This document shows positions 10,498-21,078 of a stretch of 64,000 nucleotides of DNA, piece by piece. Made by a program: the position numbers and the translations under genes. The notes under the pieces are model-generated. The model did no database searches. It saw nothing but the letters and a program-made list of their open reading frames with translations, and was not told the origin of the DNA. Positions within the stretch are counted from its first letter, which is position 1, and every line of letters starts with the position of its first letter. This DNA is from Minisyncoccia bacterium. GTDB taxonomy: Bacteria; Patescibacteriota; Minisyncoccia; Phycocordibacterales; CAIZLB01. The stretch lies in the NCBI GenBank assembly GCA_041752275.1, contig JBGSHK010000009.1:19156-83155 (forward strand), read 5' to 3'.

Positions 10498-11782
10498 ATC
10501 TCTTAGGCATATAAGCTAAAGGATCGAGATAGGCATTTATGGCAGCTATAGGCATAGTCAGGTTTTTACCAGGGCATGATGCAGATGGACGAGATATTGC
10601 ATTTACAGCGTCAGCTGGATACATACTTACATGAAGATGAGGTCCTGTAGAGTAGCCTGTATTACCTGAAAAACCTACCACATCTCCCGCTTTAACTGTT
10701 GCACCTGTAGACATGTTTAACTGTGAAAGATGTCCATAAGTTGAAGCCAGTCCATTATTGTATTTAATCAATACCCATTTTCCAAAAGATACACCTCGAC
10801 AAACAGCATCAGTATCCCCTTGTGCAACTAAAACACCATCACTCATGGCAAGTATAGGTGTACCAACCTTTGCTCTAAAATCTACTCCGTTATGTGAACC
10901 TGATTTATATAAACGTGCAGACGCATTTGTAACACCAAACTGTTGTGTTATATATACCGTTTCAAGTGGCCATGAAAGTGCTGACGATCCTTTTTTTGGA
11001 ATAGATGAAGGGTCTAAAACATATTTTAATTTATTTTCGAACTCAAACATTTCTTTTTCAAAGGCTACTTTTTGTTTCTTTCTATCTTCCAGTTGTTGCT
11101 TGAAAATACTTTCTTGATTTTTAGTTATTGCCAACTCTTTAGTCTGTTCTGTTTTTACAACAGAAAGTGATGTTTGTTTTATCTTTAAACTTTCTTTTTC
11201 TTTTTCCAATGTTTCTTTTCTTATCTCTTCTTCAGTTTTATCAACTTCAAGATCTTTTTTTACCTCAAAAATTTCATCTATACTTTTTTGTATTTGATCT
11301 TGTATATTTTTTAATACTTCAATTTCTTTTATTGAGGCCATAATATTTTTTTCAGATAAAAAGTTTTCTATTATACTAACATTGTCGAGTTTATACTGAT
11401 TTACAATACTTTCCTCCATACCCATACGCAGTCGCATTATTTTTTCCTCATTTCCAACAATGGCATTTGATAAATTAGTTATCTCAAGACTTGTTTTATC
11501 TATTGAAACTTGACTTTTTCTTACATCAGAACTTATAGCCTTAACTTGATTGTCTAAAGTTTTTATATAGTTACCCAAAGTTTGGGCTTCTTTTGAAGAC
11601 TTGTCGGCCAAGTCTGCATATGTTTTGATCTCTTGATCAAGTTTTTTTATAAGCTCAGATCTTTCATCAATCTTTTTTTGAAGTTCCTGAGCAGTCTCTT
11701 CTGCAAATATAAAATCAACAGACATTCTTAATCCTGCAATACATATCAATAATAAAAACCCTATTTTCATCTTTCGTGTCAT
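10496..11782 (-). CDS. M23 family peptidase (LytM/EnvC-like) with N-terminal coiled coil
   Basis: Signal/TM at the N-terminus, a long coiled-coil region, and a C-terminal LytM motif GHLSQL...GFSGNTGYSTGPHLHVSMY. Confidence 0.85.
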   Translation of the reverse strand: MTRKMKIGFLLLICIAGLRMSVDFIFAEETAQELQKKIDERSELIKKLDQEIKTYADLADKSSKEAQTLGNYIKTLDNQVKAISSDVRKSQVSIDKTSLEITNLSNAIVGNEEKIMRLRMGMEESIVNQYKLDNVSIIENFLSEKNIMASIKEIEVLKNIQDQIQKSIDEIFEVKKDLEVDKTEEEIRKETLEKEKESLKIKQTSLSVVKTEQTKELAITKNQESIFKQQLEDRKKQKVAFEKEMFEFENKLKYVLDPSSIPKKGSSALSWPLETVYITQQFGVTNASARLYKSGSHNGVDFRAKVGTPILAMSDGVLVAQGDTDAVCRGVSFGKWVLIKYNNGLASTYGHLSQLNMSTGATVKAGDVVGFSGNTGYSTGPHLHVSMYPADAVNAISRPSASCPGKNLTMPIAAINAYLDPLAYMPKR

Positions 11783-11807
11783 ATAGGGTCTATTATAGCA
11801 TTTTTAC

Positions 11808-12029
11808 CTACTTTCTTCTAATCAGTTTTGGTTTTCCGCCGTATGAATCCAACTCTATCTCGACTTTATCACCCACATATATACGTATACGATTGTATTT
11901 CATTTTTCCTGACATATAAGCAAGTAAAACTGCACCGTCTTCTAGTTGTACACGAAAATGCGTATCAGGTAGTGATTCTATCACTATACCGTTGAGAATT
12001 ATTTTACCTTCCTTATCTTGATTTGACAT
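11808..12029 (-). CDS. infA: Translation initiation factor IF-1
   Basis: 73-aa S1-like OB fold: GIVIESLPDTHFRVQLEDGAVLLAYMSGKMKYNRIRIYVGDKVEIELDSY. Confidence 0.85.
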   Translation of the reverse strand: MSNQDKEGKIILNGIVIESLPDTHFRVQLEDGAVLLAYMSGKMKYNRIRIYVGDKVEIELDSYGGKPKLIRRK

Positions 12030-12061
12030 ATAAAGAGTATGGTATCATACTTTGCGGAAAT

Positions 12062-12099
12062 GAAAAACCCTGAAATCTTAAATGAATAACAGATCAGGG
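12062..12099 (-). terminator. Intrinsic terminator downstream of hydroxylase-family gene
   Basis: CCCTGA...TCAGGG stem flanked by A/T runs. Confidence 0.45.
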
Positions 12100-12127
12100 T
12101 CTTGTGAATTTTTTCTATGATGATAAA

Positions 12128-12667
12128 TCAATGCCGAAATGTTCCTAATGCTAAATCAGCAATTGGTAAAACAACATTGAAGTTAGTCTTTGGGTTTTTA
12201 TGATGTAAGTTATGTCGTTTGTTAGACCAAATAAACCAACGCCGACGTTCAAACCACAGACCTGTAGGGTCATGCATACACCAGTGAAAATATTCGTAGG
12301 TGCAATAGTACAAAATAAATACAATGACAGTGACAACGGTTGGCCACCAAACAGGTAAAAATACTATGGTGATTAGAACAACAGGTAAGGAAGCGACGCT
12401 AATCAAAAAGATCCAATGCCACCAAGCCATAGGAATAGTTTTTTTATTTTTCTCTTTTTTTTCTGGTGGATGGTTTGAAAGTGAATAAGTTTTGCCAGCC
12501 CCAAAAATGACATGATGTGTTTCGTGATGTGCTTCATATGCACCCCTATATCCAAGGAATGTACGATGCATAACATATTTATGAAGTCCCCATTCAAAAA
12601 ACGAAGCGTAGGTTACAGCAAAGATAATAACTCCAAGAACTTGTAGTGTAATAATTAAAGTGTTCAT
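12128..12667 (-). CDS. Fatty acid hydroxylase / sterol desaturase superfamily membrane protein
   Basis: Histidine boxes HKYVMH, HHETHH and HNLHH within hydrophobic helices. Confidence 0.5.
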   Translation of the reverse strand: MNTLIITLQVLGVIIFAVTYASFFEWGLHKYVMHRTFLGYRGAYEAHHETHHVIFGAGKTYSLSNHPPEKKEKNKKTIPMAWWHWIFLISVASLPVVLITIVFLPVWWPTVVTVIVFILYYCTYEYFHWCMHDPTGLWFERRRWFIWSNKRHNLHHKNPKTNFNVVLPIADLALGTFRH

Positions 12668-12727
12668 ACACTATAATTATATACATATTAGAATAATTTT
12701 GCTTGGAGGTTGAAGAGGGTTTTGGTT

Positions 12728-14209
12728 TTAATACGCCTTAGCGAATAAAACTTTGTTTGGTGCATCTTTTTGACAATATATACACTTACCTGACAAACCT
12801 AATCCACCTTCATATGGAATACATCTTGTTGAAGCCTGAGTTTCTTCTTTGATTTTTTCTTCACACTGTGAATCTAAACATAAGTGAGTAAGGACAAAAC
12901 CTTTTTTATTTTCTATAATTTTTTTAAACTCAGTATAATCAGAAACTTCTCTTGTATTTTCCATTCTGAAATTTTTAGAATTTTCTAATAATGTATTTTG
13001 TATATTTTCTAATAATGATTTTACTGTATCAATCAAAATATCATCTTGAATAAATTCTTTTTTTCCATTTATTCTTTCTACTAGTACTGCAGAATTATTG
13101 GCAACATCTTTCGGTCCTATTTCCATTCGAAGTGGAACCCCTTTTCTTTCCCATTCAAAATACTTAAAGCCAGGACGACCTTCTCTATCGTCTACTTTAT
13201 ATAAAATACCCTCCTTATCCAAATCAGCTTTAACTTTTTCAACTTTTTCCATTACTATCTTTTTATCATCTTCATTTCCAAATATTGGAATAATAACAAC
13301 TTGAAATTGTGCCATTTTAGGAGGGAGTATTAATCCTTTATCATCTGAATGTGACATAATCATAGCACCGATTAACCTTGTACTTACACCCCAACTCGTT
13401 TGCCAAACATATTGATGTGTTTGATTTTCGTCCAAAAACTTAATATCAAAAGATTTTGCAAAACTTTGTCCAAGCATATGAGATGTACCACATTGCAATG
13501 CTTTTCCGTCTTGCATTAAAGCCTCTACAGTTGTTGTATAATCAGCACCTGCAAACTTTTCACTTTCTGTTTTAACTCCATCAACAACTGATATTGCCAT
13601 GTAGTTTTGCAAAAAATCTTTATATACAGACAACATCTCTTTTGTTTTAGTATCAGCATCTTCTTTGGTAGCATGAGCTGTATGTCCTTCTTGCCATAAA
13701 AATTCTGATGTTCGTAAAAAAGGTTTTGTTTTCAATTCCCAACGCATAACATTACACCATTGATTTAAAATCAAAGGTAAATCTCTATATGAACTAATCC
13801 ATTTTGAAACCGCATCATGAATAATAGTCTCTGAGGTTGGACGTATAACAAAAGGCTCTTCTAGTTCACCAGCAGGAATTAATTTTCCATCAACCTCTTC
13901 TAATCTATGGTGTGTTACTACAGCACATTCTTTAGCAAAACCCTGAACGTGTTCGGCCTCTTTCTCTAAAAAACTTACAGGTATAAGAAGTGGAAAATAT
14001 GCATTTTGAGTTCCTCTTTTTTTAAACTCAGTATCTAAAATGAAGTGTATCTTTTCCCATATTGCATAACCATAGGGTTTAATAACCATAGACCCTCGTA
14101 CTGGAGAATTTTCAGCTAATCCAGCTTCTCTAATAATATCTATATACCATTCTGAAAAATCTGTCTCTCTTGTGGTTATTGTGTTTTTTACACTTTCCTG
14201 ATTAGTCAT
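12728..14209 (-). CDS. proS: Prolyl-tRNA synthetase (archaeal/eukaryotic-type class II)
   Basis: N-terminal FSEWYIDIIREAGL...VRG, class II core, C-terminal zinc-binding domain ending in Tyr (...FAKAY). Confidence 0.9.
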   Translation of the reverse strand: MTNQESVKNTITTRETDFSEWYIDIIREAGLAENSPVRGSMVIKPYGYAIWEKIHFILDTEFKKRGTQNAYFPLLIPVSFLEKEAEHVQGFAKECAVVTHHRLEEVDGKLIPAGELEEPFVIRPTSETIIHDAVSKWISSYRDLPLILNQWCNVMRWELKTKPFLRTSEFLWQEGHTAHATKEDADTKTKEMLSVYKDFLQNYMAISVVDGVKTESEKFAGADYTTTVEALMQDGKALQCGTSHMLGQSFAKSFDIKFLDENQTHQYVWQTSWGVSTRLIGAMIMSHSDDKGLILPPKMAQFQVVIIPIFGNEDDKKIVMEKVEKVKADLDKEGILYKVDDREGRPGFKYFEWERKGVPLRMEIGPKDVANNSAVLVERINGKKEFIQDDILIDTVKSLLENIQNTLLENSKNFRMENTREVSDYTEFKKIIENKKGFVLTHLCLDSQCEEKIKEETQASTRCIPYEGGLGLSGKCIYCQKDAPNKVLFAKAY

Positions 14210-14230
14210 TGTTGTATATTACCACAAAAC

Positions 14231-15451
14231 CTATTTAACCTCCACACTTATATGATCCTCATCAGAAACAGATGACATCCAAAACGGAGAATAATTAATC
14301 TCCATCTTTATATGCTTACTAATCTCATTTTTAATTTTTTTCATAGTATCTTTTGAAAAACCTTTAAATGTTTTAGCTACTTTATCTTTGATAACTATTG
14401 GTTTTATTTCTATAATCAGGTTTTTAAATGATACAGGCAGTCCTGTAGTTGTATCTAGTTGTAACTCATAATCATTTATACTTATTTCATATTCTAAAAT
14501 ATCTGATATAGGTTTTAAATATTCTGTATAATCTTGTAAAATTTTACTATTTGATAACAAAACTTTTTCAAAATCTTTTTTATCTACAACAACAAGAGCA
14601 GATTGATTTACATTATTATCATAAATATAATTTTTTTTAAGTGATATAAAATTTTCTGGTATAAAAGAAAGTATTTCTTCACCTGGTGCAGTTATAGTTT
14701 TTACATTAGAACTTGTTGTTGAAATATCTGTTTGTATTTGATTTTGATCCATATAGTCAATGGCATAGAAATTGTCATAATCACTTGTACTTTTAAAGCC
14801 TATAACTTTATACTTTACCTGTTCATTATTATTAGAATTTTTTTGTGTAGGTTTTATATTTACAGCATTTCCAAGATAATATGTCACACCATCAACATCA
14901 AAACGAGTATCTTTTCGCAGTGGTACATTTGTATTTGTTTGATTTATAAGTTTTACTTTTTTTGAAGTAAAAGGACTTGTAGTTGCTGTATTTAGGTCAA
15001 AATATTCTTCACCTGTTTGATCTTTTACCTGTGTCACAGTACTTGTAGACTCTTCATATATTGGTGCAAAAACATTTCTATCTTTATCCTGATTATTGTA
15101 TATAAGATTATAAGATAAGGTGGTTGATGAAGATTTATTTTTTTCAGAAATACTCATTGGTATATTATCCTTTATCTCAAAAATAGTTGATTTTGATTCA
15201 AAAAATATACGTGTATTGTTATTGAAAACAGAATAATAAACTATAGATAAAATAATTAAAGTTAAAATAATTAAAATTATTGATATATTACTTTTTTTAT
15301 CTTTACCATCTATTGTGTGATAGATTTCCCTAGATGTTAAAATGGGTTCATTTTTTAAAATCTTGGTGTTACTTTTTATATCAAAATCATCAACTCGAGC
15401 TTTGATTTTAGAAAGATTATTTTTTTTAGGTGGTATTATATCTGAATACAT
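14231..15451 (-). CDS. Hypothetical membrane-anchored Asn/Thr/Ser-rich protein
   Basis: Single N-terminal TM (ISIILIILTLIILSIVYY) followed by a low-complexity extracytoplasmic region. Confidence 0.4.
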   Translation of the reverse strand: MYSDIIPPKKNNLSKIKARVDDFDIKSNTKILKNEPILTSREIYHTIDGKDKKSNISIILIILTLIILSIVYYSVFNNNTRIFFESKSTIFEIKDNIPMSISEKNKSSSTTLSYNLIYNNQDKDRNVFAPIYEESTSTVTQVKDQTGEEYFDLNTATTSPFTSKKVKLINQTNTNVPLRKDTRFDVDGVTYYLGNAVNIKPTQKNSNNNEQVKYKVIGFKSTSDYDNFYAIDYMDQNQIQTDISTTSSNVKTITAPGEEILSFIPENFISLKKNYIYDNNVNQSALVVVDKKDFEKVLLSNSKILQDYTEYLKPISDILEYEISINDYELQLDTTTGLPVSFKNLIIEIKPIVIKDKVAKTFKGFSKDTMKKIKNEISKHIKMEINYSPFWMSSVSDEDHISVEVK

Positions 15452-15466
15452 ATTTGTTATTTTAAT

Positions 15467-16519
15467 TTAAAATATTTTTTTAGTAAATACTTTTGATTCT
15501 GTTGTTAAAAGTTTGTTTAAGATATAGGCGTCTTGATTTATAGAATTTTTAAATATTAAATCAAAATTTGATAATAAAACATTGTCTATATAATATATTG
15601 ATATGTCTGTATCTTTTTTTATTAAACCAATACCTATACTATCTATAAAATTTCTAATTTGTTTTTTTATCATTTCTAATTCATCATTCAATATTTGATC
15701 AATCTTTATCTTAACCGAACTGTCTAAATCAGACCAAATATTATTTAAAGATTTATTATTTAAATCAGGTGTAAATTTTGATTTTAAAATTTTATCTAAA
15801 ATATTATCATCTACATGTAAAAATACTTTCAATTTGTTTCTTATATCTAAATAACTTGATTTAATAAAAAGTGTTGATATATTTTTATTTTCATAGACAT
15901 AGGAAATATCAAATCCAAAATCTTCTATTATTATCTTTAACTGATTGTCCTCGGTTTTACCATATACATGTTCAATATGTGAATATATAGAGTCTATATT
16001 TATTTTATGTATATGAAATATTGTTTCTAAAATTTTTGTAATTCTATTTAAAAAATTAGTTGAAGTATATATATTTATATATTGTACCTTTATTAAACCA
16101 GCTGATTGATTTTTTATTTCTTTAATATCATATTCATTTAATGATATATTTAAAACTGTATTTTTTAATATTGAAATATTATCTATATTTTTATGTAAAA
16201 TTAATTTATCAATAAAATCTTGATTTATTTTTTGAGGTTTATCTAATTTTTTTTCAATATTCATTATTTCATAAACACACCAAGGACTTGTTAAAATAAC
16301 TTTTATTTCTTGTATTTTTCTATTATTCTCTTTATATATATCTGTATTTAAAAAATCTTGACAAATATCTTTACAAACATAAATCATGCGATTTTCATAG
16401 TCTTCATGATTTTCATTTTCTATTTTCAGAATATCTTGATTACCTAAAAAAGTGTATAAATCATCTTTGCATGAATACATATTTATAGAGTTAGGTTTTA
16501 TGAGAAAAACAATTTGCAT
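15467..16519 (-). CDS. Hypothetical cytoplasmic protein (very Asn/Ile/Lys-rich)
   Basis: 350-aa ORF upstream of the membrane-anchored ORF; no motif recognised. Confidence 0.4.
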   Translation of the reverse strand: MQIVFLIKPNSINMYSCKDDLYTFLGNQDILKIENENHEDYENRMIYVCKDICQDFLNTDIYKENNRKIQEIKVILTSPWCVYEIMNIEKKLDKPQKINQDFIDKLILHKNIDNISILKNTVLNISLNEYDIKEIKNQSAGLIKVQYINIYTSTNFLNRITKILETIFHIHKINIDSIYSHIEHVYGKTEDNQLKIIIEDFGFDISYVYENKNISTLFIKSSYLDIRNKLKVFLHVDDNILDKILKSKFTPDLNNKSLNNIWSDLDSSVKIKIDQILNDELEMIKKQIRNFIDSIGIGLIKKDTDISIYYIDNVLLSNFDLIFKNSINQDAYILNKLLTTESKVFTKKIF

Positions 16520-16564
16520 TGATTACATTATATGGCAAATCTTATATTATTGCTATTTTTTCTC

Positions 16565-18406
16565 TTATTCTAAAACTGCTTTTATTCTTCTCACACCTTG
16601 ACTAACAGCTTCTTCTTTATGTATTTTAAAATGTCCAAGTTCGCTAGTGTTTTTTACATGAGGACCTCCACAAAATTCTTTTGAAAATGCAGAATCTAGA
16701 CTTTCGCCGATATAATAAACATTTACCATATCACCATATTTATCAGCAAAAAAATGTAGTGCACCTGAAGCAATCGCCTCATCCTTCGGCAAAGTCACCA
16801 TATTCATTGATAATCCTTCCTGAATTTTTTCATTTACAATATCTTCCACTTTTTGCTTTTCGTCATCGGACATCTTTCTGTCAAAAGCAAAATCAAAACG
16901 CAGTCTTTCTGTTGTGATGTTAGATCCTTTTTGTTGTACTGACTCACCTAAAACTTGTCTTAAAGCCTGATGCAGTAAGTGTGTGGCTGTATGATATTTA
17001 ACTTCCATAACACCGTCACCTGCCAATCCTCCTTTAAACTTCTTTTCAGCTCCTGCTCTTGAGTTATCTTGATGTATTTTAAACAACTGATCAAACTCAT
17101 CTTTGTTTATCTTTAACTTATTTTCACTAGCTAGCTCTTCTATCATTTCTATAGGAAATCCATAAGACTCGAAAAGGGTAAAAACTTTTTGAGAGTCAAC
17201 CATCTCTATGTTTTCTTCTTTATTATGAACAACTATTTTATTAAATTCTTTTATACCTTGTATCAAAGCTTTACGAAACTTTTTCTCTTCTGCATTTATG
17301 GAAACTTTTATTGTTTCTTTTTGACGGGCAATATTTTCATAAACATCTTTATAGTAATCAGTAAATATATCCGCTATCATATACAATGAGTTTTCTGGAA
17401 GACCTAATACGTCAGCATGACGTAATGCACGTCTTATCAAGCGTCGAAGTATATAACCTTGATCAGTGTTAGAAAACATAACTCCGTCAGATAGCATAAC
17501 AACAGCTGTTCTAACATGATCTGCGATGATACGTGATGAGCGTGCTATCTCAAAAGCTGCTATGTTTATGTTAAGACTTGTAAGCTCTGTTATCTTGTCG
17601 AGTGCGGGTTTAAATATATCCGTTTCGTAAACAGAGTTTACGCCTTGTACCATCATAACAATACGCTCGAAACCAGAACCTGTGTCTACGTTTTTATTTT
17701 GAAGTTTTGAGACTATTTTTCCATCTTTTTTTAAATACTCCATAAATACATCATTCCAGATTTCGACAAGTTCTCCACGATCGTCGAGTTTAATATATTC
17801 TTCCAAGTCCATACCTTCTGTATATTTTCCGGTTATATCGTAAAACATTTCAGTGTCTGGTCCACAAGGTCCATTTTCTCCAGCACTCCACCAGTTATTT
17901 TTTTTCGGTAAAAAATAAATTCGGTTTGTAGATACTCCATTTTTTTTGAAAATATCTTCCCAGATCTGGCTCGACTCTTCATCTTTCGGAGCATCCTCAT
18001 CCCCCTGGAAACATGTAACATAAAGTCTGTTTGGATCTAAACCAAAACCTTTTTCCTTATCAGTCAAAAGTTCATATGACCAGTTTATTGCTTCAGTTTT
18101 AAAATAATCTCCCAGAGACCAGTTTCCCATCATTTCAAAAAAAGTAAGGTGACGACTATCACCTACCTCTTCTATGTCGATAGTTCTGATACATTTTTGT
18201 AAGTTAGCTAGACGTTTACCTTGAGGATGAGCCTCGCCTAAAAGATACGGAACTAGCGGTTGCATACCGGCAATGTTGAAAAGAACTGAAGCGTCGTTTT
18301 CAGGAATGATTGGAGCTGATTTGATGATTGCGTGATCGTGCTTGGCAAAAAAATCTAAGAATTTTTGTCTTATCTCATGTGATGACATAGGTTTTTGATT
18401 ATACAT
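16565..18406 (-). CDS. alaS: Alanyl-tRNA synthetase, short form (catalytic plus editing domain, no C-Ala domain)
   Basis: FNIAGMQPLVPYLLG...RHLTFFEMMGNWSLGDYFK in the catalytic core; editing-domain HTATHLLHQALRQVLG and C-terminal CGGPHV; only 613 aa. Confidence 0.88.
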   Translation of the reverse strand: MYNQKPMSSHEIRQKFLDFFAKHDHAIIKSAPIIPENDASVLFNIAGMQPLVPYLLGEAHPQGKRLANLQKCIRTIDIEEVGDSRHLTFFEMMGNWSLGDYFKTEAINWSYELLTDKEKGFGLDPNRLYVTCFQGDEDAPKDEESSQIWEDIFKKNGVSTNRIYFLPKKNNWWSAGENGPCGPDTEMFYDITGKYTEGMDLEEYIKLDDRGELVEIWNDVFMEYLKKDGKIVSKLQNKNVDTGSGFERIVMMVQGVNSVYETDIFKPALDKITELTSLNINIAAFEIARSSRIIADHVRTAVVMLSDGVMFSNTDQGYILRRLIRRALRHADVLGLPENSLYMIADIFTDYYKDVYENIARQKETIKVSINAEEKKFRKALIQGIKEFNKIVVHNKEENIEMVDSQKVFTLFESYGFPIEMIEELASENKLKINKDEFDQLFKIHQDNSRAGAEKKFKGGLAGDGVMEVKYHTATHLLHQALRQVLGESVQQKGSNITTERLRFDFAFDRKMSDDEKQKVEDIVNEKIQEGLSMNMVTLPKDEAIASGALHFFADKYGDMVNVYYIGESLDSAFSKEFCGGPHVKNTSELGHFKIHKEEAVSQGVRRIKAVLE

Positions 18407-18426
18407 TATATGAGTATTTTTGTCGA

Positions 18427-20259
18427 TTAAAACATCCCTTCCACCTCAGTCAAATCCTTTTCTATTTTCTTCAATCCCTTCAAGAAAAAGTCTGGCTTAC
18501 TTGTATCTATTCCAATACTTTTGAAAATATCCTCAGGTGAAGCTGACCCACCCGCGCTCAAAAACTTTTTTATTTTCACTCCAAATGATTTATCTTTTTT
18601 ATATTCTTCATACAATGCGTTTGCTATAAGCTGACCATAGGCATAACTATAAACATAAAAGAAATATCTGAAATGATTTATATACACATATCCATATCCA
18701 TCAGTTTCTATAACCTCAACAGCGTCACCAACGTAGGATTTTCGACAGTCCGCAAACATGGATGCAAATTCTTCTTTGGAAACAAAACCTTTTTCTTTCA
18801 CAGCTTTATGTATATTTTTCTCATATTGAAAATATGCAATCTGTGCAAAAATAGTAAACACATTATCTTGCACCTTATTTACCAATAAATCTTTTTTCTC
18901 TTCAAGTGTTGCTATTTCCAACAAATTATCAAACAAAACATTTTCAAAAAAAGTTGATGCAACTTCAGCGATAGATATTGGATAGTCTTGATATATGGCT
19001 TCTTGTTTTTTTGACAGATCAGAATGTATAGAGTGTCCCATTTCATGAGCCAGTGTTGAAACGTCATTAAGTTTGTCTACATAATTTAACAAAACATATG
19101 TTGGAGCATTTATCATAGGCGAACAAAAAGCTCCTGATCTTTTTCCGAGTTTTGGATACACATCTATTTGTCCTTTTTTCAAATAACTTTGAAATATGTC
19201 AGCAAACTCTTGATCAACTCCTGCAAAAGATTTCGTTACCATTAAACACGCATCTTCAAATTTTATTTTCTTTTTACTTTTTGTTGTTGATATACCAGTC
19301 GCCAACTCTGCCATAGTTATCTTTTTCTCATCAGAATTTTCTATTTTGTTTAATATCTTAGCTTTAAGTTTAAAAAATCTATGTGATATATGATTATTTT
19401 TTGTTACTACATTTACTAGATTTTCTATAGATTTTACATCGTTTTGATATCCTAAAATAGTAGCTTCATAAGGAGTTTTATATCCTCGTATTTCATCATC
19501 TATTTTTTTATTTCGTATAACAGCATTTAACTCAGCCTCAGCTATGAAAGATATTTCTTTATATCTTTCCATAACTATTTTATGAAGTGCTCTTCTGTCT
19601 TTTTTGGGCAAATCAGCCTTTATACCCATAGCTTCAGACAAAGACATTTCTTTGCCTTTAAACTTTATCTTCTGTGAATTTCTATTTTTACTTCCCATCT
19701 CTTCCCAGGCTTCATGTGCAACTTGAGACTTATCGGTCAAAATCTTTTCCTCTTTTTCAGATAACATAAACTTTCCATGTAAAAAAGAACTTTCTAGTAA
19801 ATATTTATACTTTGCCAAAGTTTTATCTTTTAAATATTTTTCTTGTAACTTTTTATCAAGTTTACAAATAGCTAAACCAAAAAATATAGTTTCTTTTGAT
19901 GCTTTCAAATATATGTCAGAAAGTTTATTTATCTCTGCTTGTATTTTATCATTTGAACTATTTAAAGACTGCTGAAGTCCTAAATACCAAAGTGGAATAC
20001 TTGATGTTTTATTTGTTAAAGAATTATAATCATTTAAAGCATTTAGCATACCCTTTGAAGTTTTTAAAAACTTCAAGTCTTTATATTTATTTGCAAAAGA
20101 AACTAGGTGACGACATATAGCCTCAACATCTTTTTTTATTTTTGGATCATTTATATCTTTATATAGTTGAGAAAAATCCCATTCGGTTTTTATACTAGTT
20201 TTTGTGGTATTTTTTTTTGTAGTAGCTTTCAAGTTTGTCATATTGTGTGATTTTAACAT
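18427..20259 (-). CDS. pepF: Oligoendopeptidase F (M3 family)
   Basis: HEMGHSIH zincin motif; 610 aa. Confidence 0.85.
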   Translation of the reverse strand: MLKSHNMTNLKATTKKNTTKTSIKTEWDFSQLYKDINDPKIKKDVEAICRHLVSFANKYKDLKFLKTSKGMLNALNDYNSLTNKTSSIPLWYLGLQQSLNSSNDKIQAEINKLSDIYLKASKETIFFGLAICKLDKKLQEKYLKDKTLAKYKYLLESSFLHGKFMLSEKEEKILTDKSQVAHEAWEEMGSKNRNSQKIKFKGKEMSLSEAMGIKADLPKKDRRALHKIVMERYKEISFIAEAELNAVIRNKKIDDEIRGYKTPYEATILGYQNDVKSIENLVNVVTKNNHISHRFFKLKAKILNKIENSDEKKITMAELATGISTTKSKKKIKFEDACLMVTKSFAGVDQEFADIFQSYLKKGQIDVYPKLGKRSGAFCSPMINAPTYVLLNYVDKLNDVSTLAHEMGHSIHSDLSKKQEAIYQDYPISIAEVASTFFENVLFDNLLEIATLEEKKDLLVNKVQDNVFTIFAQIAYFQYEKNIHKAVKEKGFVSKEEFASMFADCRKSYVGDAVEVIETDGYGYVYINHFRYFFYVYSYAYGQLIANALYEEYKKDKSFGVKIKKFLSAGGSASPEDIFKSIGIDTSKPDFFLKGLKKIEKDLTEVEGMF

Positions 20260-20351
20260 ATTTTTAACATACTGTATCTGTTTGACATAATAGTTTAAAT
20301 ATTATATAGTATATTTGTTCAATAGAACCTTCCACAACAAAAAACACCGAA

Positions 20352-20933
20352 ATGATACAAGAACAAGAAGCAGTAGTTGTTGTAATGCCTGAAAACATAA
20401 AGTTAAGTGAAATAAAAAATGTAGCAATACCTCTTTGCTTAGGTGGTCCTAAAGATTTAAAAGATGGATGTCACGCTAGATTAAATAAAAGCATTGAGGG
20501 ACTAGAGTCTAAAAAAACACTGATTATTCAAACAGGAGGAACCTCTAAAAAACCTCTTTGCATAGAAATGCGTGATGTATTGAGGGAGGCGCAAAACCCT
20601 TGGAGTGAAAGATTTCTTTCTGTTCCATTAGGTTGGGGCACTCGGTCTGAAATTTACTATGCTTTTTATATTATTAATGAATTTAATAAAAAAGAGTTTC
20701 GAAATGGAATGGATACATCATCAGGATTTAAGGTAGTTATTGCATCAAATAAGGCTCATCTACCGAGAATTGAATGGTTTGTTTGGCTTTACAATATTCA
20801 CAATGTTAAAGTTGAATATAGAGAAGCTAAACATAGATTTGGTTTAATAAATACTCTTCGTGAGTATATAGGTACACCACTGATTGTAGCAAAAGATATG
20901 TTTATGATACTAGTCCGTTTTTGCTATAGATAA
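20352..20933 (+). CDS. DUF218/YdcF (ElyC/SanA)-like protein
   Basis: Pattern AVVVVMPEN...GGP...LIIQTGG...LSVPLGWGTRSE...VVIASNKAHLPRI resembles YdcF-family proteins. Confidence 0.4.
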   Translation: MIQEQEAVVVVMPENIKLSEIKNVAIPLCLGGPKDLKDGCHARLNKSIEGLESKKTLIIQTGGTSKKPLCIEMRDVLREAQNPWSERFLSVPLGWGTRSEIYYAFYIINEFNKKEFRNGMDTSSGFKVVIASNKAHLPRIEWFVWLYNIHNVKVEYREAKHRFGLINTLREYIGTPLIVAKDMFMILVRFCYR

Positions 20934-21000
20934 TTTAAAGTTTGTATTTTTTTTAGTATTTGATATAATATATGAGTCTTTGGAGAGACAAACCCACGGG

Positions 21001-21050
21001 CGTGGAGAGATAGAGAACTAAAAATCCCTATCCTCCACGCTTATTTTTTT
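21001..21050 (+). terminator. Intrinsic terminator with an alternative upstream hairpin
   Basis: CGTGGAG...(25 nt)...CTCCACG followed by a T-run. The CGTGG can alternatively pair with the upstream CCACG (20996-21005). Confidence 0.4.
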
Positions 21051-21078
21051 ATTCCCTCAAATATAGTAATATACATAT

